A DNA stretch of 58,978 bases, filler included, from Ferroacidibacillus organovorans (GTDB taxonomy: Bacteria; Bacillota; Bacilli; Alicyclobacillales; SLC66): assembly GCF_001642725.1 (NCBI RefSeq). It is 7 parts of 7 records of this genome, joined end to end, with 100 filler letters (N's around TTAATTAATTAA, not from the genome) between each part and the next. Parts side by side here need not be neighbours in the genome. Positions count along the whole stretch, not along the records: positions 17,714 to 26,443 come from NZ_LSUQ01000084.1; positions 26,544 to 35,136 come from NZ_LSUQ01000085.1; 5 more parts are not named here. One strand, 5' to 3'. This document shows positions 17,714-28,739 of this stretch, in pieces. Position numbers and translations under genes: made by a program. Within the stretch, counting starts at the first letter, position 1, and the number at the start of each line of letters is the position of its first letter. The notes under the pieces were generated by a model. That model was not told the origin of the DNA and did no database searches. It was given only the letters and a program-made list of their open reading frames with translations.

Positions 17714-18506
17714 GGCCGTGCTCTGCCTCAATCAACACATCATGCGCAACCAAGCGCGGGTCGACCGATCCGTCCGTCAGGATGATCGCCTCACTCGGTC
17801 CTGCCGGAACACCCGGATCGATCGCACCCATCACAAGGCGTTTGGCGGCAGTTACGTACGGATTTCCAGGACCTAGAACCTTTGCGCACTTGGGCACCGT
17901 TTCTGTACCATAGGCGACTGCCGCAATCGCTTGGGCGCCGCCCACCTTGTAAATCTCGCGAATACCGAGCAAGTCGGCCGCAAAGAGAATCGCAGGATCC
18001 ACCTTTCCCACCTCATTCGGCGGTGTCAAAACGATGATCCGCGCTACACCTGCGACAACTGCCGGCGTGCCAAGCATCAAGAGAACCGATGGGAAGCTCC
18101 CTTTCCCGCGCGGGACATAGAGCGCCACGTCCGGGATGGCGGTTACCTTTTCACCTGCCATGATCCCCTGATCCACTTCCATCATCCACATTGGTTCGGG
18201 CATTTGCGCCTCGTGAAAGCGCCGTATGTTTCTCGCCGCATAGCGCAGCGTTTCTGCAGTGCGTTCGTCGACCTGCGCAGTGGCCTCCCGAATTTCTTCT
18301 TCCGTAACGCGCATGCTTCCCGGATTTAGTCGCACACCGTCAAATGCCTCCGTGTAGGCATAAAGCGCTGTATCCCCCTCTCGCCTCACGGTGTCACAAA
18401 TCTCGCGCGCCACTTCCATCTGTGCAGAAATGTCGCTTCCAGCGCGGCGCAAGATGCGATCTTGTTCGGATTGCGTCAATTCACTCATGCGGTAGCGTGC
18501 GATCAC
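17714..18506 (-). CDS. hisD: Histidinol dehydrogenase family protein, 3'-truncated
   Basis: YVPRGKGSFPS, GGAQAIAA, GPGNPYV, AGPSE and EAEH motifs; GTG start after the GAAGGAG RBS. Confidence 0.8.
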
Positions 18507-18594
18507 GAAACTCTCTCCTTCAATTCTGTTTGTTTCCACTTCCATATTCACTTTATTACTCTACTATACTAAAGTGAACCGAAAACGCCAACCC

Positions 18595-19539
18595 TTATAC
18601 GCCATCTCTCTCTCTTTCAAACTGTGTCGCTTTGAGATGCTCGATAAAACGAAGTGCAATACCGTCTTGCACCTGTCGTTTTGACGTAACCAAATAGAGC
18701 GTTCGTGGTTCCTTAAACCGATGGTAGATGGCCAGATCCGCGCGCTGTGCCGCGCGCGCTGAGACCACCCCGAATCCGATGCCAGACGCAACCATCGCAA
18801 CAAGCGTGCTCGTATCTTCCACATGAGCAATCACACGTTGGCACGTCGGGTCAATCCCTGCTTTGCGCAGCGTTGTTTCCAGTGACGTCTGCGTCCCCGA
18901 TGTCCGCTCACGGCCAATCATCGGAAGCGCTTGAAGTCTTTGCTGATCAAGCCCATGGGCAAACAACGTTGAGAGATCCTCCCACTGATCGTTATAAAGC
19001 GTCTCTAGATTCAGGTGTGACACATCACGCGGGCTAATGAGGACGAGTTCATCCTTCCCTATCGGCGTCACAGACAGTTCCTCGTGACTCGGCTCCGAGC
19101 CTACGATCGCAAGGTCGACTGCACCTTGCAAAAGGCGCTGTACAATGTTCCCGGAGGAGGCCACCGTCACGTTCAACTCGACGTGTGGGTAGTTCATGCG
19201 AAATTCGCGGAGCGCAAGCGGCAAGAGATACGTTCCGGGAATCGTACTGGCACCTACGCGCAGTCTTCCGCGCACAACCTCTTGCATTCCCCTACAATAA
19301 TCGACAAGTCCCTGGTACTCTTGAAGGAGACGCTTGCCCGTTTGGTACGCTCTGACACCCGCTTCTGTCAATTGAACACTCGCCGCGTCACGCAAAAAAA
19401 ACGTGACACCGAGTTCGTCTTCAAGCGATTTGATCTGTTTGCTAATCGCAGGTTGCGTCAAACCCATCGCGTGTGCCGCGTCCGAAAAACTTCGCCGATC
19501 AGCCACTTCAATGAGTGCGTGAAAGCGCCGCAGGTTCAT
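18595..19539 (-). CDS. LysR-family regulator (CysL-like)
   Basis: SFSDAAHAMGLTQPAISKQIKSLE HTH and GASTIPGTYLLP. The true start is MNLRRF; the ORF-track extension is antisense to the SDR gene. Confidence 0.9.
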   Translation of the reverse strand: MNLRRFHALIEVADRRSFSDAAHAMGLTQPAISKQIKSLEDELGVTFFLRDAASVQLTEAGVRAYQTGKRLLQEYQGLVDYCRGMQEVVRGRLRVGASTIPGTYLLPLALREFRMNYPHVELNVTVASSGNIVQRLLQGAVDLAIVGSEPSHEELSVTPIGKDELVLISPRDVSHLNLETLYNDQWEDLSTLFAHGLDQQRLQALPMIGRERTSGTQTSLETTLRKAGIDPTCQRVIAHVEDTSTLVAMVASGIGFGVVSARAAQRADLAIYHRFKEPRTLYLVTSKRQVQDGIALRFIEHLKATQFERERDGV

Positions 19540-19636
19540 GGCCATCCCATCCATTCTTTTTGTCCCTATGCTATCATGACAAGATAGGAAAGTCAGGAAA
19601 GAACTGACACGTAAACGTGGGAGGAGACCCTGCACC

Positions 19637-20398
19637 ATGAACAAACGCACCGCGCTGATCACTGGCGCAAGCTCAGGAATTGGCGCCGCAACCGCGCGGC
19701 AATTGGCAGAACTTGGATTCGACCTCATGCTTGGCGCACGCCGTGAAGCGCGCTTGGAAGAAATCGCGGCGGATGTGCAGTCGCGCGGCGCGCGCGTTTT
19801 TTCACGCGCGCTTGACGTCACTGTTGGAGCGAGCGTGACGTCATTTGTCAAAGAGGCGCAAAACGCGTTTGGGCGCATCGACGTCTTGGTGAATAACGCG
19901 GGTTTGGCGCGCGGTGTCACACGAATTGCCGATCAGACGAGCGATGATGAGTGGCAAGAGATGCTAGATACAAACGTCTTAGGGCTCCTGCGCGTCACGC
20001 GGCTCGTCGTGCCGATCATGATTGAACAAGGATTTGGCCACGTCGTCAATCTGGGCTCGACCGCAGGACACGACGCGTATGCTGGGGGCTCTGTCTACTG
20101 TGCGACAAAGTTTGGCGTGCGCGCCATCACAAGTGCGCTGCGCCAAGAACTCTTGGGGCATCCCATCCGTGTCACATCGGTCGATCCGGGCATGGTTGAG
20201 ACCGACTTTAGCGTTGTTCGCTACTCTGGGGACAAGGATAAAGCGGATGCGGTGTACTCAGGTGTCACACCACTCACCGCCGAAGATGTGGCAGACGTGA
20301 TCGCGTTTGCCGTCACGCGCAAAGCGCACGTTGACCTTGATACGATTGTCATGCGACCTGTTCAGCAAGGCCCTTATGGGCAACTCGCTCGCGCGTGA
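19637..20398 (+). CDS. NADP-dependent SDR oxidoreductase (YdfG-like)
   Basis: TGASSGIG, NNAG, YCATK and PGMVETDFS motifs. Confidence 0.9.
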   Translation: MNKRTALITGASSGIGAATARQLAELGFDLMLGARREARLEEIAADVQSRGARVFSRALDVTVGASVTSFVKEAQNAFGRIDVLVNNAGLARGVTRIADQTSDDEWQEMLDTNVLGLLRVTRLVVPIMIEQGFGHVVNLGSTAGHDAYAGGSVYCATKFGVRAITSALRQELLGHPIRVTSVDPGMVETDFSVVRYSGDKDKADAVYSGVTPLTAEDVADVIAFAVTRKAHVDLDTIVMRPVQQGPYGQLARA

Positions 20399-20424
20399 GT
20401 CATTAACTCGCGAGCCGGACATAT

Positions 20425-20468
20425 AAAACGCGACGTGTGAAGGTCCCCTTCTCACGTCGCGTTTTTTT
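20425..20468. terminator. Bidirectional intrinsic terminator
   Basis: AAAACGCGACGTG...CACGTCGCGTTTT between convergent genes. Confidence 0.8.
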
Positions 20469-20483
20469 CATCCATACGCTTTT

Positions 20484-20975
20484 CTACGACTGCTGTAGCG
20501 CCATCCCCGCCCCAAACCCTTTTAGAAATTGCAAAAGTGTCCGCAGTCCGCTACTGATTTCAGGATCTTTGAGCGCCTTGAGAAGATCAAAGACACCGAT
20601 TCCGCTCTTTGACTGTTCAGTCGCCTCAGCCGCTGCTTTCACACCGCGCGCAATCCCGCGCAAAAGCGCCGTGAGCGCTTCACTGTCGAATTGACTGAAC
20701 CCTCCCGCGAGGGCAAACACGTTTTTGATGCCGCCCGTGTACTCCGGTTTGGCCACTTGGTTGACGATGACCGTCATCACAGGATCGAGTTGTTCAAAGA
20801 GCGCCGTGATCATCTGCAAAACTTCGCGCTCATTTAAGATTTGCAAAAGCGCGATGCCATGTTTCAAGGCGTCGCGATTGGCGTAAAGCAGTTCCGTCAT
20901 CTCCCGCGTTGTCTGCTCTGTCGCGATTGCACCTGCATCCTGCGCCATGACACGCGTGCGAATGGCTTGTGCCAC
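20484..20975 (-). CDS. DUF1641 protein (YjgD/YrhD-like)
   Basis: MAQAI start and FDLLKALKDPEISSGL C-terminal motif; lies downstream of FDH. Confidence 0.85.
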   Translation of the reverse strand: MAQAIRTRVMAQDAGAIATEQTTREMTELLYANRDALKHGIALLQILNEREVLQMITALFEQLDPVMTVIVNQVAKPEYTGGIKNVFALAGGFSQFDSEALTALLRGIARGVKAAAEATEQSKSGIGVFDLLKALKDPEISSGLRTLLQFLKGFGAGMALQQS

Positions 20976-20988
20976 GTCGATTCCTCCT

Positions 20989-23958
20989 TTAGCGAGTTCT
21001 GAGATCGTCAGCGCGCGGCTCTTGCGCGATTTGTTCATAGTCTGCGCGTTGCCATTTCTCCAAAACCAACACGCCCGGTTGCGGGTTGGGGTGACCGAGC
21101 CGATAATTGCCGCGAACAATTGGCGACTCGCCTTCCTCTTCAAGAATCTCAAGCATCACCGACATCTCTTTGTACGCAGGCGTATGTGTGTACGTGTCGT
21201 GATAACTGCTGGTCAAATAATTGACCGCCTCTTCATCGTTTGGCGTATTCATCGGGAGATAGAGCTCGTTTAACGCCACCCGATCGGTTACGACAGCCTT
21301 TACCTTCACCTTTCCATAGGGCGACGTGAGCCGCACGAGCGAACCCGTTTTGACACCGCGCGCATTCGCCAACTCCGGCGACACCTCCACATACGTGTCA
21401 GGTACCTTCTCTTTTAATCCAGGTACGCGATACGTCATGTTGCCCTCGTGAAAATGTTCAAGCATGCGGCCATTGTTGAGATGCAGATCATACTTTTCAT
21501 CGAGTTCCAGCGGCTTGGTCCATTCCACAGGGTAGAGGTGTGCCTTACCATCCGGTTTTGCAAAGCGTTCAAGATAGAGTACAGGCGTATCCGTTCCATC
21601 CTCTTGCACAGGCCATTGTAAACTTTTAAAGCCCGCTAAACGCTCATACGTCACACCCGCATAGAGTGGCATTAACGCGCTCGCTTCGCGCATGATCTCT
21701 TCCGGGTGACCATACGTCCATCCCGCTCCAAGGCGATTGGCGAGTTGCATCATGATTTTCCAATCAGGCTGTGAATCAGCGAGTGGTGGAAACACCTCAT
21801 ACAATCGCTGAATGCGCCGCTCCGTATTGGTAAACGTCCCTTCTTTTTCAAGGCTCGGCGAGGCCGGAAGAATCACGTCTGCAAACTCTGCTGTTTTCGA
21901 GAAGAACACATCCTGTACCACGAGAAACCGAAGTTTTGAAAATGCCGCTTGCACATGATTGGAATTTGCATCCACAAGCGCCATATCCTCGCCAAAAATG
22001 TACATCGCCTGGAGTTTTCCTTCGTGAATTTTTTCGACCATCTGGTGGTTGTCAAGCCCCGCTGACTGTGGAAGCGGCGTTCCCCACACCTTTTCAAAGC
22101 GCTCGCGAACCTCAGGATCACTCACGGATTGATAGCCTGGAAGAAGACCCGGCGCCGCCCCAAAATCCCCAGCGCCTTGCACATTGTTATGACCGCGCAG
22201 TGGGTATGCACCTGTCCCCGGACGACCGACATTACCGGTCACCGTCAACAGATTGCAAATCGCCGTACTCGTGTCGCTCCCGCCCATATGCTGGGTGACG
22301 CCCATCGCCCACAGGATGCACACGCGTTTAGCCTCGTTTATCATCGTCGCGACGGCAACGAGCGTCTCCCGCGACAAACCTGTTTTTTCAACCGCATCTT
22401 CCAGCGTAAACGCGGCGAGACTCTCGGCATACGCGACGAACCCGCTCGCGCGCGACTGAAGGAATGCATTGTCGTGCCATCCCTGATCAAGGATGTATTT
22501 TGTCACGGCAGACAGCCAGATCAGATCCGTGCCCGGTTGAGGATGAATGAAGAGGTCTGCGCGCGCTGCGAGATCGTGCCTCCGCAAATCGGCGACGAGC
22601 AACTTCAGAGTACCGCGTTTGTGCGCGCGCCGAATGCGCGTTGAAAGCACCGGATGCGATTCCGCCGGGTTGGCTCCGATGACGATGACTAGATCTGCAT
22701 TCGCAATATCTTCCATGCTCCCCGTATCTCCACCGAGTCCAAACGTGCGTTTGAGCCCCTCTGTCGCCGGCGTTTGACAGTAGCGCGAACAGTTGTCGAT
22801 GTTATTTGTCCCCATCACCGCGCGCGCCAGTTTCTGCATGAGATAGTTCTCTTCATTCGTACATTTCGAGGAGGAGATATAGCCGATCGAGTCAGGCCCG
22901 TGTCTCATCTTGATCTCCCGCATGCGCGTCGCGACAAGATCTAAGGCCTCGTCCCACTCCGCTTCATAAAAAGAATCCCCGCGCCGAATCAACGGTTTGC
23001 GCAAGCGTTCACGGTCATTGACAAAATCCCAGCCAAACTTGCCTTTGACACACGTGGAGATGCCATTCGCCGGCGCATCCGTATTCGGTTCAACTTTGAG
23101 AATCTGGCGATCTTTCGTCCAAATTTCAAAACTGCATCCTACACCACAATACGTGCAGACCGTTTTTGTACGCTTAATACGCGATTTGCGCATCGCCGCC
23201 TCTACCTCAGAAACGGCAAAGATAGGTCCGTAACCAGGTTCAGCCACTTTCGTAATCTCGATCATCGTCTCCAACAGCTCTGGGCGAATTCCCGTGAGAA
23301 AACCGGCTTCCCCAAGCATCGATTGCTCCATGAGCGCATTGCATGGACACACGGTGACACAGTGACCGCAAGAGACACACGACGAGTCATTAATCGGGAC
23401 ATCCTGGTCCCAGATGACCCGTGGTCGCTCGCGCGCCCAATCGATGGAGAGGACTTCACTCACTTGGAGATTTTGACATGCTTCGACGCAGCGGCCACAA
23501 AGGATACACTGATCCGGGTCGTAGCGATAAAATGGATTGGAGAAATCTTTCGCGTAGGGTTTTGTCGAGAAGGGGTATTTTTGGTGTTCAATCTGAAGGA
23601 GTTCCGCCGTGTTGTGAACGACACAATTTCCGTTGTTATTGTCGCACACCGTACAGTACAGTTCGTGATTGTGCAGGATGCGATCCATCGCCTCTTTGCG
23701 AGCCGCCTGTACCCGCTCTGAGTCATAGACGACCGCCACCCCTTCGCGAAGAGGCGTCGCGCACGCGCGCACAAGCGCGCCATCCACTTCCACAATGCAC
23801 GTATCACACGTTTCGATCGATCCTAATGTCGGGTGAAAACAGACATGCGGAATTTCCATTCCGCGCAAAAGCGCGTCTGTGAGAATGGTTTTTTGCGTTT
23901 CAACACTTCCATTGGTACCGCGCGGTGCTGTTGAATCCGGCTCTAAAAGGGTCGCCAT
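20989..23958 (-). CDS. fdhF: Formate dehydrogenase alpha subunit (YjgC/YrhE type, Cys ligand)
   Basis: N-terminal Fe-S motifs, CTYCGVGC, NCSRYCQ and LRGHNNVQG. Confidence 0.92.
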   Translation of the reverse strand: MATLLEPDSTAPRGTNGSVETQKTILTDALLRGMEIPHVCFHPTLGSIETCDTCIVEVDGALVRACATPLREGVAVVYDSERVQAARKEAMDRILHNHELYCTVCDNNNGNCVVHNTAELLQIEHQKYPFSTKPYAKDFSNPFYRYDPDQCILCGRCVEACQNLQVSEVLSIDWARERPRVIWDQDVPINDSSCVSCGHCVTVCPCNALMEQSMLGEAGFLTGIRPELLETMIEITKVAEPGYGPIFAVSEVEAAMRKSRIKRTKTVCTYCGVGCSFEIWTKDRQILKVEPNTDAPANGISTCVKGKFGWDFVNDRERLRKPLIRRGDSFYEAEWDEALDLVATRMREIKMRHGPDSIGYISSSKCTNEENYLMQKLARAVMGTNNIDNCSRYCQTPATEGLKRTFGLGGDTGSMEDIANADLVIVIGANPAESHPVLSTRIRRAHKRGTLKLLVADLRRHDLAARADLFIHPQPGTDLIWLSAVTKYILDQGWHDNAFLQSRASGFVAYAESLAAFTLEDAVEKTGLSRETLVAVATMINEAKRVCILWAMGVTQHMGGSDTSTAICNLLTVTGNVGRPGTGAYPLRGHNNVQGAGDFGAAPGLLPGYQSVSDPEVRERFEKVWGTPLPQSAGLDNHQMVEKIHEGKLQAMYIFGEDMALVDANSNHVQAAFSKLRFLVVQDVFFSKTAEFADVILPASPSLEKEGTFTNTERRIQRLYEVFPPLADSQPDWKIMMQLANRLGAGWTYGHPEEIMREASALMPLYAGVTYERLAGFKSLQWPVQEDGTDTPVLYLERFAKPDGKAHLYPVEWTKPLELDEKYDLHLNNGRMLEHFHEGNMTYRVPGLKEKVPDTYVEVSPELANARGVKTGSLVRLTSPYGKVKVKAVVTDRVALNELYLPMNTPNDEEAVNYLTSSYHDTYTHTPAYKEMSVMLEILEEEGESPIVRGNYRLGHPNPQPGVLVLEKWQRADYEQIAQEPRADDLRTR

Positions 23959-24044
23959 TCGTGTTCCTCCCACCGTTTCTACACCTACTCAGCGTAGTGT
24001 TTCAAAGCAGTGGAAGGGTTATCCGCGCGGTGCTATAAATAAGC

Positions 24045-24467
24045 TTACCAGGGAACGGATTGTCCATTAAAGACGAGCGTCCCGACAATCTCTGCGCGCA
24101 GTGAGTGCGCCACAGAACAATACTTATCCTGCGAAAGTTTGACCGCGCGCAACACTTTATTGACGTCTGCGTCCGGTGCGTCCACAACGTAGTTCATGAC
24201 GATTTTTGTAAAGAATTCTGGCGGTTCTGCCGCGCGTTCTCCATCTGCCGTAATCTCAATGCGCAGTGGGGTAATGCGCATGCGTTCGAGAATCAAGCTC
24301 ACGTCGATCCCAGTACACCCGCACAGTCCCATGAGCACAAGTTCCATCGGACGTGGTCCAACATCATCCCCGCCAGCATCTGGTTTCGCATCGATGACAA
24401 CCGTCTGCCCATTGGACGCAACCGCTTCAAAACGGCGCTTTCCGCGCCACGATACGCTCGTTTTCAT
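24045..24467 (-). CDS. OsmC family protein (YhfA-like)
   Basis: GPRPMELVLMGLCGCTGID and KYCSV motifs. Confidence 0.9.
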   Translation of the reverse strand: MKTSVSWRGKRRFEAVASNGQTVVIDAKPDAGGDDVGPRPMELVLMGLCGCTGIDVSLILERMRITPLRIEITADGERAAEPPEFFTKIVMNYVVDAPDADVNKVLRAVKLSQDKYCSVAHSLRAEIVGTLVFNGQSVPW

Positions 24468-24490
24468 CTTTCGCGCCTCCCTGTCCCGTT

Positions 24491-25408
24491 CTAAAAAAGA
24501 TCCATACTCAGATAACGCTCTCCCGTGTCTGGGCATAGCGCTGCGATGCGAGCGCCGGCACCCATTTCCTTTGCCACAAGCGATGCCGCATGCACCACGG
24601 CGCCACAGGAAACACCTAAGAGCAGCGCCTCTTCCCGCGCGAGGCGACGCGTCATCTCGATCGCATCCTCATCTGACGCCTGAAGAATACGATCATAGAT
24701 CGACGTGTTTAAAATCGATGGAATAAATCCAGGACTGGTCCCAACAATTTTGTGCGGCCCCGGTTCACCACCTGAGAGTACAGGCGAGCCCTTTGGCTCA
24801 ACGACGATCACACGGATGTGGGGCAGTGCCGCTTTTAGCGTTTCACCCACGCCTGTCACCGTTCCCCCCGTACCCGCAGAGCAGACAAATGCATCGATCC
24901 GCTGATCCATCTGCTCGAGCAGTTCAGGCGCGGTTGTCAAGCGATGCGCATGTGGGTTTGACGGATTGTCAAACTGTCGCAACACAATCGCGTCCGCACC
25001 GCGCTCCCGGCAGATTTCCTCCGCACGCGCCACGGCCCCGCCCATGCGCAAATGGCCAGGCGTGAGTTCTACCTCTGCGCCATACGCCTTCAAGATGGCG
25101 ATGCGCTCACGTGTCATCGTGTCTGGCATCACAAGAATCGCTCGATACCCGTACGCTGCCGCAACCATCGCGATCCCGATGCCTGTATTGCCACTCGTCG
25201 GCTCAACGATAGTCATCCCCGGTCGCAGGCGCCCCTCGCGCTCTGCCGCGCGAATCATTTCAAGCGCTGGGCGGTCTTTTACGCTGCCGCCTGGGTTGTG
25301 TCGCTCAAGTTTGACAAACACCGTCCCGGAACCCTCGGGAATCACGTGACGAAGACGCACAAGCGGCGTATTTCCAATCAGTTCGGTGATCGAATCGACA
25401 ACCTTCAT
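24491..25408 (-). CDS. cysK: Cysteine synthase A
   Basis: NPGGSVKDR, EPTSGNTG, GTGGT and DTGERYLS motifs. Confidence 0.93.
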   Translation of the reverse strand: MKVVDSITELIGNTPLVRLRHVIPEGSGTVFVKLERHNPGGSVKDRPALEMIRAAEREGRLRPGMTIVEPTSGNTGIGIAMVAAAYGYRAILVMPDTMTRERIAILKAYGAEVELTPGHLRMGGAVARAEEICRERGADAIVLRQFDNPSNPHAHRLTTAPELLEQMDQRIDAFVCSAGTGGTVTGVGETLKAALPHIRVIVVEPKGSPVLSGGEPGPHKIVGTSPGFIPSILNTSIYDRILQASDEDAIEMTRRLAREEALLLGVSCGAVVHAASLVAKEMGAGARIAALCPDTGERYLSMDLF

Positions 25409-25410
25409 GT

Positions 25411-26443
25411 TTATTCCCTCGCATTCCTTGTCTCTTCACGCGCCGATAAAAGCCGCGCGCGCTCCGCTTCAAATCCCGGCTTGCCGAGTAGCGCAAACAT
25501 GTTTTTCTTGTACGCCTCCACCCCCGGCTGGTCAAATGGATTGACGCCAAGAAGGTATCCACTGATTGCACATGAAAGTTCAAAAAAATAAAACAGATAA
25601 CCAAGACTCTGTTCACTCATGTCATCCATTTCAAAAAGCACCTGCGGGACGCGACCATCCTCATGTGCGAGCATCGTCGCGCGCAGCGCCGTGTCATTGA
25701 CATGTTGAACGCTTTGTCCCGCCAGATAGTTCAGCCCGTCCGCGTCACTTGCGAGTTCGGGAATCGTAAGGGCGTGTCGCGGACTCTTGACGCGAACGAC
25801 CGATTCAAAGAGAATGCGCGCACCCTCTTGGACATACTGCCCCATCGAGTGAAGATCTGTCGAAAAGTCAAGAGAAGTTGGAAATAAGCCGCGCCCGTCT
25901 TTTCCCTCACTCTCGCCAAAAAGCTGTTTCCACCACTCTGCGATATAGTGAATCCCTGGTTCATAGGATACGAACGCCTCGATCGCGCAACCTTTGCGCA
26001 AGAGAATGTTGCGAAGCGCCGCGTATGCATACGCGTCATTTTTCGAAACATCTGACTCAGAAAGCTCCTGTTTTGCGCGACGCGCGCCTGCCAGGAGTGC
26101 GTCAATATCAACGCCAGCTACGGCAAGAGGAAACAGCCCAACCGGTGTAAGAACCGAATAGCGCCCGCCAACGTCATCCGGAATGACAAACGTGGCGTAC
26201 GCCGAGGCGCGCGCCATCGCTACGAGCGCGCCGTTTGCGCGATCCGTCGTTGCAACGATCCGCGTCGCGGCGTCCTCTTTGCCGTATCGTTTCTCCATGT
26301 ATGCTTGTAAAAAGCGAAACGCCAGCGCCGGTTCGGTCGTCGTCCCCGATTTTGAGATCACATTGACCGCCACATCATAACGATCGAGATCCGCTAAGAG
26401 TTCCGAGAGATATGTCGCGCTCATGTTGTGGCCAGCATAGACC
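25411..26443 (-). CDS. pgi: Glucose-6-phosphate isomerase, 5'-truncated
   Basis: SKSGTTTE, GGRYSV, QLFGESEGK and PFDQPGVEAYK motifs. Confidence 0.95.
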
Positions 26444-26543
26444 NNNNNNNNNNNNNNNNNNNNNNNNNNNNNNNNNNNNNNNNNNNNTTAATTAATTAAN
26501 NNNNNNNNNNNNNNNNNNNNNNNNNNNNNNNNNNNNNNNNNNN
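26444..26543. other. Artificial contig spacer
   Basis: N-TTAATTAATTAA-N. Confidence 0.99.
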
Positions 26544-26559
26544 TCTTCGTGTCAGCCTC

Positions 26560-26603
26560 GCGGCGACAAGGAGTAATATATCACCCCTCGCGCATCATGT
26601 CAA
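26560..26603 (-). promoter_or_regulatory. Strong sigma-A promoter facing the contig break (rRNA/tRNA-operon-like)
   Basis: Minus strand TTGACA-N17-TATATT with TG extension, followed by GTCGCCGC. Confidence 0.7.
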
Positions 26604-26695
26604 ACCTTTTATCTTCTTGCACGATAGTCTTTTTATTCAGGAATTATCCCGTCAATTCACCCATGTAGATTGACCCGTTTTATTATACAAGATTA

Positions 26696-26749
26696 TGGTA
26701 TAATCAATAAAATTTCATTATTTTTCAATCCGCATTGAAATCGCTTACG
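26696..26749 (+). promoter_or_regulatory. acs promoter (extended -10) and cre site
   Basis: TGGTATAAT at 26696-26704; TGAAATCGCTTACG at 26736-26749 resembles the CcpA cre consensus. Confidence 0.65.
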
Positions 26750-26771
26750 CACTTTTGAGGAGGCGTCACTC

Positions 26772-28727
26772 ATGGGCACACCAGCCGACCATCTTGACAC
26801 TTTATTGAAGGAGACCCGCTCGTTTGCACCCTCCAGCGAGTTTCAGGGGAACGCAAACTTTAACGACCCCAGCATCTATGAACGCGCACTCGAAGATCCG
26901 GAAGGATACTGGAGTGAGCAAGCGAAGCACCTTGACTGGTTTACACCGTATACAAAAATTTGCGAGTGGAACCCGCCTCACGCCGCATGGTTTTCTGACG
27001 GGACACTAAACGCCACATACAACGCGGTCGATCGCCACCGCGCAACCTACCGCAAAAATAAGGCGGCCATTCTGTGGGAGGGTGAACCGGGCGACCGGCG
27101 CGTGCTCACCTACGACATGCTCGGAAGAGAAGTTGATCGCGCAGCTCACATGCTTGCATCGCTTGGCGTCAAAAAGGGGGATCGCGTCGCGATTTACCTG
27201 CCGATGATCCCGGAACTCCCGATCACCATGCTCGCCTGCGCAAAAATTGGCGCGATCCACACGATCGTCTTTGCCGGATTCTCTTCCTCTTCACTGCGTG
27301 ATCGCATCCTCGACGCTGACGCAAACGTACTCGTCACGGCAGACGCAGGCCATCGACGCGGAGGCATCATTCCGCTAAAAGCAAACGCAGACGATGCAGT
27401 CGATGGAACACATGTCAAAACGATGGTCGTGGTCAACCGCGTTGGAGCGCCGTCTGGCGCGACGATGACGGAAGGGCGCGATGTGGCGTGGGAAACGCTC
27501 ATGGCCGAGATGCCGAATACCCCCTACCCGTGCGAACCGATGAACGCAGAAGATATTCTCTACATTCTCTACACCAGCGGCACAACAGGAAAGCCAAAAG
27601 GTATCGTCCACACGACAGGTGGTTACCTGGTTGGAGCAAACACGTCGATGCGCTCCGTGTTTGACTTAAAAGATGACGATGTCTACTTTTGTACCGCGGA
27701 TATCGGATGGGTGACCGGTCACACGTACATTGTCTATGGACCACTAACGGCTGGCGCAACGGTCGTTATGTACGAAGGCGCACCCGATTTTCCAAATCGC
27801 GATCGCTTTTGGCAGATCATTGAGCGGTATGGCGTCACCATCTTCTATACTGCGCCCACCTCAATTCGGACGTTTATGAAATGGGGACAGCAGCACCCCG
27901 CAGCGTATGATTTGAGTAGTTTGCGCCTCATGGGCACCGTCGGCGAACCGATCAACCCGGAAGCGTGGATGTGGTATCACGAACACATCGGACACGGCAA
28001 CTGTCCAATTGTCGACACGTGGTGGCAAACCGAGACGGGGTGCGCAATGATTGCGCCTCTGCCAGGACTCATCAACACGAAACCTGGTTCTGCGACGCGC
28101 CCCGTCCCCGGCATCTCTGTCGCAGTCTTTGACGAACACGGTCAGGCCGTCCAGCCGGGCAGCGGAGGCTATCTCGTGATCACAAAACCTTGGCCCTCCA
28201 TGCTGCGCACCATTTGGCGTGATGACGAACGCTTCGCCAAAACCTACTTCGGACAATTCCAGGGGATCTATCTCCCTGGCGACGGCGCTCACCTCGATGA
28301 GGATCGTTACATCTGGATTCTTGGGCGAATCGATGACGTGATTAACGTTTCTGGGCATCGCATTGGAACGATGGAAGTGGAGAGCGCGCTTGTCGATCAC
28401 AAATCTGTGGCAGAAGCAGCTGTCATCGGACGCGCCCACGAGATCAAAGGTCAAGCGATCACCGCATTTGTTACTTTAAAAGAAGGTGTCGTCGCCAGTC
28501 CTGAGTTGGTTGCAGAACTCAAGCAGCACGTCGTCATTCAGATTGGCGCGATGGCTCGTCCCGAAGAAATTCTGTTCACCGCAGAACTTCCAAAGACACG
28601 AAGTGCCAAGATCATGCGCCGTCTGCTTCGTGATATTGCAGAAGGAAGGGCGCTTGGCGACACGACAACGCTTGCCGATCCGAGTGTGATCGACGCGCTT
28701 AAGAGTCAATATCAAGATAAAGAATAA
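26772..28727 (+). CDS. acs: Acetyl-CoA synthetase
   Basis: [20 protein letters not shown] and [12 protein letters not shown] motifs. Confidence 0.95.
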   Translation: MGTPADHLDTLLKETRSFAPSSEFQGNANFNDPSIYERALEDPEGYWSEQAKHLDWFTPYTKICEWNPPHAAWFSDGTLNATYNAVDRHRATYRKNKAAILWEGEPGDRRVLTYDMLGREVDRAAHMLASLGVKKGDRVAIYLPMIPELPITMLACAKIGAIHTIVFAGFSSSSLRDRILDADANVLVTADAGHRRGGIIPLKANADDAVDGTHVKTMVVVNRVGAPSGATMTEGRDVAWETLMAEMPNTPYPCEPMNAEDILYILYTSGTTGKPKGIVHTTGGYLVGANTSMRSVFDLKDDDVYFCTADIGWVTGHTYIVYGPLTAGATVVMYEGAPDFPNRDRFWQIIERYGVTIFYTAPTSIRTFMKWGQQHPAAYDLSSLRLMGTVGEPINPEAWMWYHEHIGHGNCPIVDTWWQTETGCAMIAPLPGLINTKPGSATRPVPGISVAVFDEHGQAVQPGSGGYLVITKPWPSMLRTIWRDDERFAKTYFGQFQGIYLPGDGAHLDEDRYIWILGRIDDVINVSGHRIGTMEVESALVDHKSVAEAAVIGRAHEIKGQAITAFVTLKEGVVASPELVAELKQHVVIQIGAMARPEEILFTAELPKTRSAKIMRRLLRDIAEGRALGDTTTLADPSVIDALKSQYQDKE

Positions 28728-28739
28728 GGAAGAGCGACG

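Noticed and set aside
19540..19920. Apparent N-terminal extension making a 441-aa LysR fusion
   Set aside because: Antisense to the SDR gene; the LysR HTH starts at MNLRRF.
20989..23958. Selenocysteine formate dehydrogenase
   Set aside because: The frame is open with no internal TGA, and Cys occupies the ligand region (NCSRYC).
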